Shown here one piece after another: positions 1-10,600 of a DNA stretch of 64,000 nt; within the stretch, counting starts at the first letter, position 1; every line of letters starts with the position of its first letter. Below the pieces are notes generated by a model that worked only from the letters and a program-made list of their open reading frames with translations, searched no databases and was not told the DNA's origin. Source of the stretch: Selaginella moellendorffii (Eukaryota; Plantae; Lycopodiophyta); the NCBI RefSeq assembly GCF_000143415.4, contig NW_003314268.1, positions 263,117 to 327,116 on the forward strand. Reading direction: 5' to 3'. The position numbers and the translations under genes are program-made.

Positions 1-1790
1 AACGTCATGGTGGAGGTAAAATACGTTATTTTGTCTAAATTTTGAAGTTATTGTTCTTTTTTGTCAGGCGGGAAAATTTGTGAAAGACGAAGTTATTCGA
101 GCACTTCTATTAGTCGTGAGCAATGCTCCTGATCTGCACGGTTATACTGTTCGTGCGTTGTACCGGGCATTTGCTCATTGGGACGGTCAGGTATTCTGTG
201 GTTTTGAGATTATGTCATTAAGCCTCTGACTATATGGTGGTCAGGAAAGCTTTGCTCAAGTTGTTCTTTGGTGTATTGGAGAGTATGGTGAAATGCTCGT
301 CAACAATGCGAATGAGCTGGAGGGAGAAGAACCAATCACGGTAAGCTGGATTACTGGATGTGACATAAAGTGAAGACACTGTGACTCTCAGGTTACGGAG
401 TCGGATGCTGTGGACGTGCTGGAAAATGTTTTGAAAGATTTCCGAGTGAGCTCCAGTACGCGGGCCTTCGCACTTACAGCAATGCTAAAACTTTCTTCTC
501 GTTTTCCCTCATGTGCAGAGTAAGCACCTTTGATTTCAGTTTGTAAGCTCAATTATTTCTTTGCAGCCGGATCAAGGAGGTGATGATGCAATATAAAGGA
601 AACTTAATACTTGAGCTCCAACAGCGAGCCATTGAATTCACGTCCATCCTCAGCAAGCATCAAAACATAAAGTGAGTGTAACAGCAGCCATGCGTTTGGT
701 AGACTTACGGGTGGTTTCTACCGATTTGCAGAGGGGCGTTACTCGAGAAAATGCCAGCATTAGATGCAACCGCCTACAGTACCAAGCGAGCCGATGCAGC
801 CGGAGTATCGCTTGCAAATGGAAGAGCATCAATACACGAAACTGGTCCAGTGTCCACATCTAATGGACCAGGCTCACAACCAATCCTGACAGATCTGTTA
901 GACCTCAACGTGGACGACACTCCAGCTCCTCCAGTTCAGCGGAAATCAGCTGGTGATGTACTCTTGGATTTATTGGGAGCTAATCCAAGCGCACCCTCTG
1001 CATCTCAAGGTCAGACTTACTACATAATGTGTTAGTAGCATCTGACAATTTTGAAAACGCAGAACAAACTTCAGGAGGTGGCTCGGATGTGCTGATGGAT
1101 CTTTTGTCCGTCGGCTCTTCTTCACGACAACCTGTGATCTCAAGCAGTGGCCTGGATTCGCTCTCTCAACCGATTAAGCAGTCGTTTGTCGAAGCAAGGA
1201 AACCCACTGGTATGGATATGGACCTTCTTGGGGACCTTGGAGACAGTAATGGTGGTAACTAATCAATTGCTGTTTGATTATGTATGTATTAACACCAAGT
1301 TTGTGTGTGTTTGCAGCTCCTATGTATCCGACCATCCTTGCTTATCAAAGTGAGGCCTTAAGCGTAACTTTCGAGTTCAAAAAGGTCCCTGAGAACCCCC
1401 AGTTGACCCTGATTTTGGCATCTTACGCGAATGCTTCTGGAAAGTCATACACGGACTTTGTTTTCCAGGCAGCGGTTCCAAAGGTGAGCAGGAATTCGGA
1501 TTGTGACAAGCCTGATAACAATCTTTCCTTTTTGCGTTTGTTAGTACCTGCATCTCCGGCTGGAGCCTGCAAGCAACAGCGAGCTTGAACCGAAGGAGAG
1601 AATCACTCAAACAATAAGAGTCGAGAACAGCATGCTTGGACAGGTTTGCTTCGTAATCTTCTGTAGAGATTTGTGACGAATTTGGCTGTGACAGAAACCT
1701 TTGGCCATGAGAATACGAATTAGCTACAAAGTGGATGGCCAGGACGTCCTGGAGCAGGGCCAAGTGCACAACTTCCCTGCTGGTTTGTGA
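1..1790 (+). CDS. AP-1 complex gamma-adaptin, 3' part (multi-exon; 5' end outside window)
   Basis: Spliced exons read AGKFVKDEVIRALL.., VVLWCIGEYGEML.., LELQQRAIEF, a hinge with DLLDL/LLDLL clathrin-box-like motifs, and a GAE ear domain (TDFVFQAAVPK..LEQGQVHNFPAGL*). TGA at 1788-1790; short GT-AG introns. Confidence 0.92.
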
Positions 1791-1985
1791 TAGGTATGGA
1801 GAAAACAATTTTGGTTCGTCAATAAAGTATTGTTTCTTTTATTTGATGGTTTCTGAGATGGTGGACTCGTCCTTGAAACAAGGAAAACTCGAAAGCTCAC
1901 CATTGAGAAGTTTTCACTCGAGGACGACGACTCCCACGTATTAGCCATGTTACAAACGAATTTGTGAAATTGAGAAGATGAGCGA

Positions 1986-4612
1986 TTGCAAGCCAAGCCT
2001 TCATCACCAAGCGCTCTATGGTTTGGTCATTTTGCTCAATCTCCCGCATTCTCTCGAGATGGCATAAAGAGGCTCCTTGCTAGCCATATTTGTCACGGCG
2101 CTTTTATTTTGGACGAGGAAAGATGGGAGTTTGTACGCGTTCCTGGATCCAAGCTGCCACTAGAGCTTGCGCGTATACTTCCTGCGTTTCCACAGCTATT
2201 CCAGCAACTGGTATTTCCTTTTCTTACTTAGAGCTGGTAGCTCTAGAAGCATGCAATGAGCATTCATGGGACTCTCTCGCTATTCCTTTGGAGCGGATCA
2301 TGGACACACTGACTGTCAGCTGCAGCGTTGTCAACCATCTTCAGCACTTGAAAGACTCAAAGGAGCTTTGGGTTGCAGTAGGTGACATTTGATTTCTTTT
2401 TTATTTTACATTGGCTACTTTTACTTTTTAGAATTATCTTTCTATATGATGAAAACACTAACTCATTAGCTTTTAGCTTTGTATATTATCACATTTTTTT
2501 GTAATTTACTCTGGATTAGTGTTTGAAATGTCAATAAAATGTTACTGATTTTTACTTGAGTAACTAAGGTTCTTTTGTAGGAAATCGAGGTATCTCTAGA
2601 GATTGTAATTTTTGTGCGAGAGACACCAAAATCTGTTTCTTCTAGGCACAATGGAAAGATTTTGATCTTAAACTTGTCAAAAGCAAGCCTCTCTTTCAGA
2701 GCTTCAAGGCACCTCAAGAAGGCCCAAGCTTCCAGGATTTCAATGACGCACAGAAAAGAACTGTGGAAAGCTACGTTAAGAAGGAAATTGTAAGAGGGGT
2801 TCATTTGGAAGATGGACAAAAGAAGCTCTTCAACCAGTATGAAAAGGTATTCTTTGTATTGATCATGTTTTTTTCTATAATACTACATCCAGGAACTAAT
2901 GGAGCTGACTAGAAAATTCAGTGGCAATATCCTCGATTCCATTAGAAAATATGGCAAACTAGTTACTAGTGTGGAAGAAGTTGAGGGATTGCCAGCAACA
3001 TCTCCGGCACTTGCAGCAAAAGCAGCAGCTTCAGAGGTGGTTACTTCTAAACCCAATATAAAAGCTCACATATTTTTTTGTTTCTCAGGGCTATGAAGCT
3101 GCAACTCCAGAGCTTGGGCCTTGGCTGTTCAAGATCGATAAATCTAGTTATTTCTGAGTGATGAAGCATCTGAAAAACAGGAAAGCCCGAGAGGAGTTGT
3201 ATATGGCTTACAGAAACAAAGCTTCTTCCGGGGAGTTCAACAACACTCCTGTCTTGACACGGATCTTAGAACTCCGAAATTTGAAAGCCAAACTTCTTGG
3301 TTACAAGAACTATGCCGAGGTGATTCAAGCTTTCCTTGTTCTTCTTTTGGTCTTATGATTCTCTTCCAGGTTAGTATGCTTTTGAAAATGCTAGAAAACC
3401 TTCGAAGTGGTACATGGGATCACGCTTTGCAAGAAAAGTTTAGCTTTTTTGGGATGATATGAAACTTTACTCCATGAATGTTCCAGAACTGGAGGCTTGA
3501 AGGCTCTCTCAGCGTCCAATGGTGAGAATTATGATCTCATGCCTTGGGAACTTCCATACTGGATGGAAAGGCTACGAGAAGCCAGGCTTGACATGAGCGT
3601 TTACAATTAACTGTCCACGAATTCATGAATTATTTGCAGGAAGAGTTCAGGCCATTCTTTGCATTGTTCTTGCTTGCAAAAAGACTCTTTTCAATAGAGA
3701 TTGATGCGGCAGACAACCTCGTGGCACGTAAGTGTTTTAACTGTCGTGCACTTCAAGAGGTGTCTTCTCCGTAGATTTGGCACGGCGACGTGAGGTTTTT
3801 CAGAGTGAAAGATATGGATACCAAAGAAACGCTTGTCTACTTTTACATAGATCCATACTCAAGGCCGCTGGAGAAAAGAGGTGGTGTGTGCCAAAGAGAA
3901 GTCGAGCTCTTGGACCAGAGGGTTGTGACATCCGACTCCATGCTTGTATCATCGTTTGCAATCAGACGCCGCCTCTCGGAGACAACCCAAGCTTGATGAC
4001 ATTTGACGAGGTATATATTACATTTTATAGTCATTTTATAGCCATTGATTTGATTTCATGGTTGTATAGATGAAAACACTGTTTCACGAGTTTGGCCACG
4101 CTTTGCAACACATGCTCACGACGCAAGACGTGATATTCGTTTCAGGTATGCAAAATGTAGAACAAGATGCGGTAGATCTCCCCTCGCAATTCATGGAGAA
4201 CTGGTGCTAATTTAGAAGGGTTATATAATAAATTTCCATTGCAGGGACACACTGTCAAGCTTTGCCAAGCATTACAAAACAGGCGAGCTACTTCTTGAAT
4301 CGCTATTTCAAAATATCAAATCATCTAGAACACTGAGAGCTATAGACATGTTAAACCAAGTATGCTTGCTTTATATTTTTTTCTTTTTCTGATATTTCTG
4401 TTGAGTTGTATCAGGTTTTACTAGCAGCAGTGGATCTAGAGCTCCACTCCAACTTTGAGCGTAATAACTTGACAAGAAGTATACGTGAAGTGTATAATGA
4501 ATTTTCACAGAAAACTCAGGTTCCACAGTGTATGCCTGGAGAACAATATCTCAACAGCTTCTTACATATTGTGAATGGTATGTATGTAGGATACGCCTGG
4601 GAACCATCTTGA
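1986..4612 (+). pseudogene. Oligopeptidase A (M3 metallopeptidase, organellar OOP-like) pseudogene
   Basis: Exons encode [59 protein letters not shown] and [14 protein letters not shown] followed by in-frame TAA (4208-4210). Frameshift after KRGG; start approximate. Confidence 0.8.
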
Positions 4613-6460
4613 ACGAGCAAAGTAGCTCCAAGCTTCCCAGTGTACCTGGAAGCTAGCATGTTCATGTAAGTACTTTCACACAGAAACAACACGATAAGGT
4701 TGCTCTTGAGATGAATGAGATTCGATTATGCAGTGTTGCCAAATTTGGTCAAAAAACTCTTCAAAAGAAATAACACACAGGGAAAGATCACTCTAGTGTC
4801 TTTAATTTGTTGCATTTTTTGCATCAATAGATTGTCAAAAACAATTTGTAATTTGTTTACATTTGGTCCTATCAACCACATAGTGACAGCTTTTTTTATT
4901 GTCATAGATGCTCTGTCTCACAAAAGAGCATAAAGAATAATTTCTTGGATGCCTGCTTAAATATTCTAGTGTAATGTTTGTAAATATATATATGTATATA
5001 TATGTATTGCTCGATAATACATTAATTATAATATTATAGTATATGGATAGTCCATTTGAGATTGAATCTAGTCCATCCATCCTTGTATATAAGAAAAATT
5101 CTAAGCCCCAATTAGTATACTTATTTCTCAAGCACTTATATTGGTGGGGATAAGGGGCATTGCAATTTGTCCCTGAAGAGGTAATGCTTTGCTTTAGTGT
5201 TTAAGATTGTGTTTTTTATTCATATTTCTTCATTTTCTTTTAAATCTAGATTTGTATTATCTTTTTGCAAAATCTAGAATTCTAGTTATTGTTATACTTA
5301 GATTTACTCTTCTTTTGATATTCATTGCATTTGCATTCTTCTACTATGTCATGTTGTCATTGATCAAGGAGTATGTTACTTAAGGTTGTTAATACTATTC
5401 TATTAGATCAAACTTTTGGTGCTGTGGGGTGTGATGATATTAGTGTTACACCTATCTTTGGTGTGTTACTGTTTTCAACTTTCATAGGACTTGATTATAC
5501 AACTTATTTTATTCTCAATGTTTTACCATCTTTCATTGATATGGAGCATGATTGTGACATCGATTAGCAAGGTATGGATAATGCAGTCTGATTCTTAAAG
5601 AATATTCAAGATCAAGTTTATGGGAAGATAATGTGTATGAGCTTGAGTGGATTTCAAAGTGTGATAATGAACTTGATTATTATGGAGATAACTTAAAGAT
5701 CAAATGGAGATTTTACAGGGTAGATGTAAATCCTTCAATTTACTATTTGTTCTTTTTTCTTTATTTTTTACTCTTTCCCAACCTTTTCTTATTTCTCAGT
5801 CTAAACCACTTTCTTATGTTCTTAGTGTTCCTTCTTTGTTTGTAATATTTCATTCTCCTGACACATTAATCATTTCTGACTCTTATGATTCTCATTTTCA
5901 ATCCAATGTTGAGTTAAGTGTTTTTATATCATTCTAATACTAATCTAGATGTTGAGTATATGCATAAAGTTAAGAATTTTATTTTTTTTTCGTTAGTAAA
6001 GTCTTTGATTAGTTTTAGTGTTGAGTATTCCTTTATTCCAAGGGTTCAGTCACTTTAGCTATAATTTCAAGTTGAGTGCATATCTCTACTTATGAATGCC
6101 ACTGAAAGCCTTTGTTTTATCATTGTTGCCAAGGAATTTATATTTCTCTTGAGTGTGGATGTTATTATGATTTTCCCATCTTAAGTGTTGAATTGTGTGT
6201 TGAGGAAGTTGAGCAGTGTGAATCTTTTATTTATATTATGGTGGCCGAAGTATTTTATAATAGAAAGTCTTTTATTTTCCAAGTTTTGAGCACATATCCT
6301 TCTTTTGATTTTCCCATTTCTGCATTGTCAGCTATTGCAAATTCCTCTTCTGATATTTCTTTATCCACTTTTATTTCTTTCACAATTTTTTTCCTCAATT
6401 TTTTTCATTTTCTCCTTTTTGCTTCGACATTTCAACCTTTTTTTTCTTTGAAGGAGGGGG

Positions 6461-7609
6461 TGTAAGGAACCAACTCGCCGAGGTGTCGTAGGCTAAGGGA
6501 ACCCCGAAAGCATGACCAAAATGACAAAGAGTTCATCGGATGGGACCAAGTCAAAGATCGAGTCCAAGACCGACTCTAGGACCGAGTTCGAGATAGAGTC
6601 CGGAATCGAGTCCAAGACCGACTCGGGAACCGAGTTCGAGTCCGAGTTCGAGACCGAGTTCGAGACGGAGTCCGAGATCCGAAATCGGGTCCGAGACCGA
6701 GTCCGAAGTCGAGTCCGAGGTCGGGCCCGAGATCGGGTCCGAGATCGAGTCCGCGATCGAGTCCGAGACCGAATCCGAAATCGGATCCGAAATCGGATCC
6801 GAGATCGAGCCAGAGACTAAGTCCAAATACTAATACGGGTCAAGGGGTGAAAGCCCAAAGCGTGCGTCCCCCAGGGGGGGGGGGGCTGCAGGGGGTTCCA
6901 AAAGTATAGTAGGGATAGTGAGGTCCAGGAACCAGTTTTGAAGGGACTCTCCAGTTGGGCTTCCAAACCAACTTGAGGTTGGGACTGGGACTAAGGGGCC
7001 TTGGGTGGGAGTGAGCATGGACTTGGCTGGTGCCGGAGGGGCCATCCAAGGAAGTGCTCAAGAGCAGCTCCCACTCCCGAAAGGGAAACCGATTGCGGTG
7101 CTCCCGGCTCATGTGGAGTGGTGCCCCACTTGAGTACCATGCGGCTCATTGGTCCTCGCCCTGCCTAGGGGCTTGGGCCTTCCTTCGGGATGGAAGTGGG
7201 GGGCGAGAGGTACCCATACCGGGCCGTTAGGCCACGGTGTTTCGCCCCGGCGTCCCGAAGCAAGTGTTGCACTCAAGACTTGGGATTTAGAGGGTCCCAT
7301 GATCAAGTCTTGTGGTACCAAGGGATGTTAGGAACCTGGAAGCTTGGTGTGCTTGGCTGCTTGTGCTTGCGGGGAGTGTAGCCGAACCTTAAGTCCAGTC
7401 TAACCCGGGGAGGGGGATTGAGAGTGATTTGGGAATCCGTGGAAGGATGGCTAACACTCCATTGCTCGTGCAGTGAGTAGCTGAAACCAAGTAGGAGCTG
7501 GTACCATAGGCGAGAACCTTGGCAAGGGAACTTAGCAAAAGCCAAGGCAGTGTTGGACGGATAGACGAGGTAAGCTGGCAAATTGGAAAGGAAAAATTTG
7601 TGGCTTACA
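6461..7609 (+). repeat. 5' LTR
   Basis: TGTAAG..CTTACA; about 17 substitutions by eye (all transitions) versus 12847-13995; contains a CpG-rich hexamer array and a poly-G run. Confidence 0.96.
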
Positions 7610-7612
7610 ATT

Positions 7613-7624
7613 TGGTATCGGAGC
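7613..7624 (+). promoter_or_regulatory. Primer-binding site (initiator tRNA-Met type)
   Basis: TGGTATCGGAGC 3 nt after the LTR end; one base from the usual plant TGGTATCAGAGC. Confidence 0.9.
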
Positions 7625-7668
7625 CTTTATCTCAGTTCTAGCGAAGGATAGAGGCGGATTGCTGGGAG

Positions 7669-10600
7669 ATGGCAAGGGCAGGGCGTAAGCGAACCCAGGT
7701 GGAGACGGAACCTCCGCCGGAGCTGGAGCCTCCGGTTGAACAAGAGGCTATGGATGAGGAATCCCTGCAGGAGGAGGACTCCAGTGAGGAAACTTCCAAG
7801 CAGGAGTCCGGTGGCGAGGTTCGGTCGTCCAAGGCTCGATTGGACGTGCTAGAAGGACAGTTGGCACAGACCAATGCCCTGCTGGAGACTCTCGTACGCA
7901 AGTTAAAGCGTGACGAGAAGCGGAAGAAAAAGCGAAAGACTGCGGATGCTGGTAGCGCAGAAGGTGCGGACCCTTCGGCAGGGACTGAGGCAAAACCAGA
8001 CAAGGTCGAACAGACCGAAGTGGAATCAGTCCCTCAGGCAGTTCCCAAGTACAAACCAAAGCCCCCACCGGTGTTCAAGGGAGTGAACGACTATAAGGTT
8101 GTGGAGGATTGGTTTTACGATATGGAGGACTACTTCCGAGCGTTGCGGTTACCGAGCTCGGAGAAGGTCCCATGTGCAAAACCATACTTGGCAGATAATG
8201 CCAAGTCTTGGTGGAGAACAACGGAGGCCAACGAAGGACCGGTGGCCACCTGGGACATGATGAAGGCGAGGATCCGCGCGACATACGTTCCTCCAAATGC
8301 CACTCTGCATCTGAGAGATGAGTTGAGTAGGCTGAAGCAAACTGGAACCATCCAGGAATATGTGAATGGGTTCATGGCAAAGAGGATACTTGTCACGGAC
8401 ATGGGGGATATGGATGCGTTCCATGCCTTTATATCAGGTTTGCAAACCTGGGCTCGCGGTGAGGTGATGCGCTGGAACCCGACCAACTACAAGGAAGCGT
8501 TGGATGCGGCCATCAAGGTGCATTTCAACGATAACCTGCGAAAGGGGAACACGACGGGGTCGGGATCCACGTTTCACAAAGGGGCCAAACCGAGGGGAAC
8601 ATATAGCAAGGGGAAATTCAAGAAGAGTTTCTCTAAGAATGAGTCCTCGGGGTTCCGGAAAGGCAAAGCCGGTGGCCAGCGAGCGAGTACGTGGGGGAGT
8701 CAAGCGAAAAAAGACAAACCCATGGATAAGAAGGTCAAGTCGTATAGCAGCGTGGGCAACAACGTATGCTACAACTGCGGCGAAGCGGGACACTTCTCGA
8801 GGGAATGTCCCTACCCGAAGAAGGCCAGAGCCAATATGGCCATCAAGTCGGGTGAAGTCCAAACTGAGGTATGTGATCCAGTCCCTAACTCAAAGTTACT
8901 CATTACACGAGCAACTTTGGTAGAGAGTCGTTCGCGACATCTACTAGCCCTCCGAGGGAAGCTCGGAGGTAGCTTTGTTAAGATCCTTATTGACACGGGT
9001 GCTTCGGATAATTTTGTGGCTGCAGACATAGTCCGGCAAGCCGGACTAACGGTGCAGCGGCTAGGCGAACCAAGGACTATAGAGTTTGTTCAGGGTAGCC
9101 AAAGCACCGATGAGATACTTCGACAAGCGAGAGTCGAAGTGGGGACATGGAAAGTGGACATGGATTTCACCGTCTTGGACATGGCGGGATTTGACGTGAT
9201 CTTCGGAATGGATTGGTTTAATCGGTTCGTGGTAGCCCTGCATGGACAAGGTAGGAATCTTGTGGTATTGGCGAATGCCCAAGGAAGAAGATCTAGGGTG
9301 GAGGCCCAGGATCTAAAGGTAGGGCAAAGCAAGGCCAAAGAGTCATGCTTAAACCTGGTGTCCACGAGAGGACAACTCACTAAAGGAACTAAGGCAGCCT
9401 TTTTGTGCTTACTCTCGGTGAAGAGTGACAAAAAGACAAGAACGGAAGAAGTACCTTTAGTGATCCAGCAGGTGCTGGACCAATTCCAGGATACCATGCC
9501 AGAGGAGCTACCGGCAGGGTTGCCCCCCGCACGACTGATAGAACATAAGATTGAGCTGGTCGAGGGTGCTGAGGCGGTGGTTCGTCCACCCTATCGATTG
9601 AACGAAAAAGCACTCAAGGAGCTCAAGAGCCAACTAGAGGAGTTGGTGGACAAAGGGTATGTTAGGTTGAGCAAGTCGCCGTATGGGGCGCCGGTGCTAT
9701 TTGTGAAAAAGAAAGATGGATCTATGCGCATGTGCATAGACTACCGGTTGCTCAACAAGTATACCAAGAAGAACAAGTACCCTTTGCCAAGGATTGAGGA
9801 CCTGTTCGATAGGTTGGGAAAGGCAAAATACTTCTCGAGGATTGACCTAAGGTCAGGATACTACCAGATCAGGGTAGCTGAGGAAGATGTCGAGAAGACA
9901 ACCTGTCGAACGAGGTATGGGAGCTTTGAGTTTTTGGTGATGCCCTTTGGGCTGTGCAATGCGCCGGCAACGTTTTCGGCGTTGATGAACCACATCTTTG
10001 TACCCTATCTGGATCGCTTCGTGGTCGTCTATATTGACGACATCCTGATCTATAGCGAGACGCTAGAGGAGCATGCCGAACACTTGGCGAAGGTGTTTGA
10101 GAAACTAAGGGAACACAAACTGTATGCTAAAGAGAGCAAATGTGACTTTGCTCAACAAGAGGTAAAGTTTCTCGGGCATGTGGTGGGCCAGGACGGGCTC
10201 AAGGTGGACCCGGAGAAGGTCCAAGCGATCCAGGAATGGGAACGACCATCGAATGTACATGAGTTGAGGGCGTTCCTGGGGCTATGCAACTACTATCGAA
10301 AGTTTATCAGACACTATTCGAGAGTAGCCCTGCCCTTAACGGACCAAACAAGAAAAGGGAAGATGGTATGGACAGCGGAATGCGAGGCGGCATTCGTCCA
10401 CCTCAAAGGGAAGTTGAGGAAGGCTCCGGTGTTGGCATTACCAGACTTTGGTAAGGACTTTGAGGTAGACACGGATGCTTCGGACTTTGCGTTGGGCGCA
10501 GTTTTGAAGCAAGACAACCATCCAGTAGCGTTCTTCTTGAAGAAGCTGGACAAGGCTCAACGGAAGTGGCCTGCCCACGAGAAGGAATTGTTTGCGGTGG

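Noticed and set aside
6512-6826. RDRV/ETE/SDPI low-complexity ORFs in LTRs (also 12898-13212, 20113-20298, 60112-60865)
   Set aside because: By-products of stop-free hexamer arrays, open in several frames and broken differently in the two LTRs.
6838-6862. Possible hammerhead ribozyme (retrozyme-like) around the GAAA hairpin; also CTGAAGAG at ~5173
   Set aside because: No CUGANGA and GAAA cores in the correct arrangement with stems.
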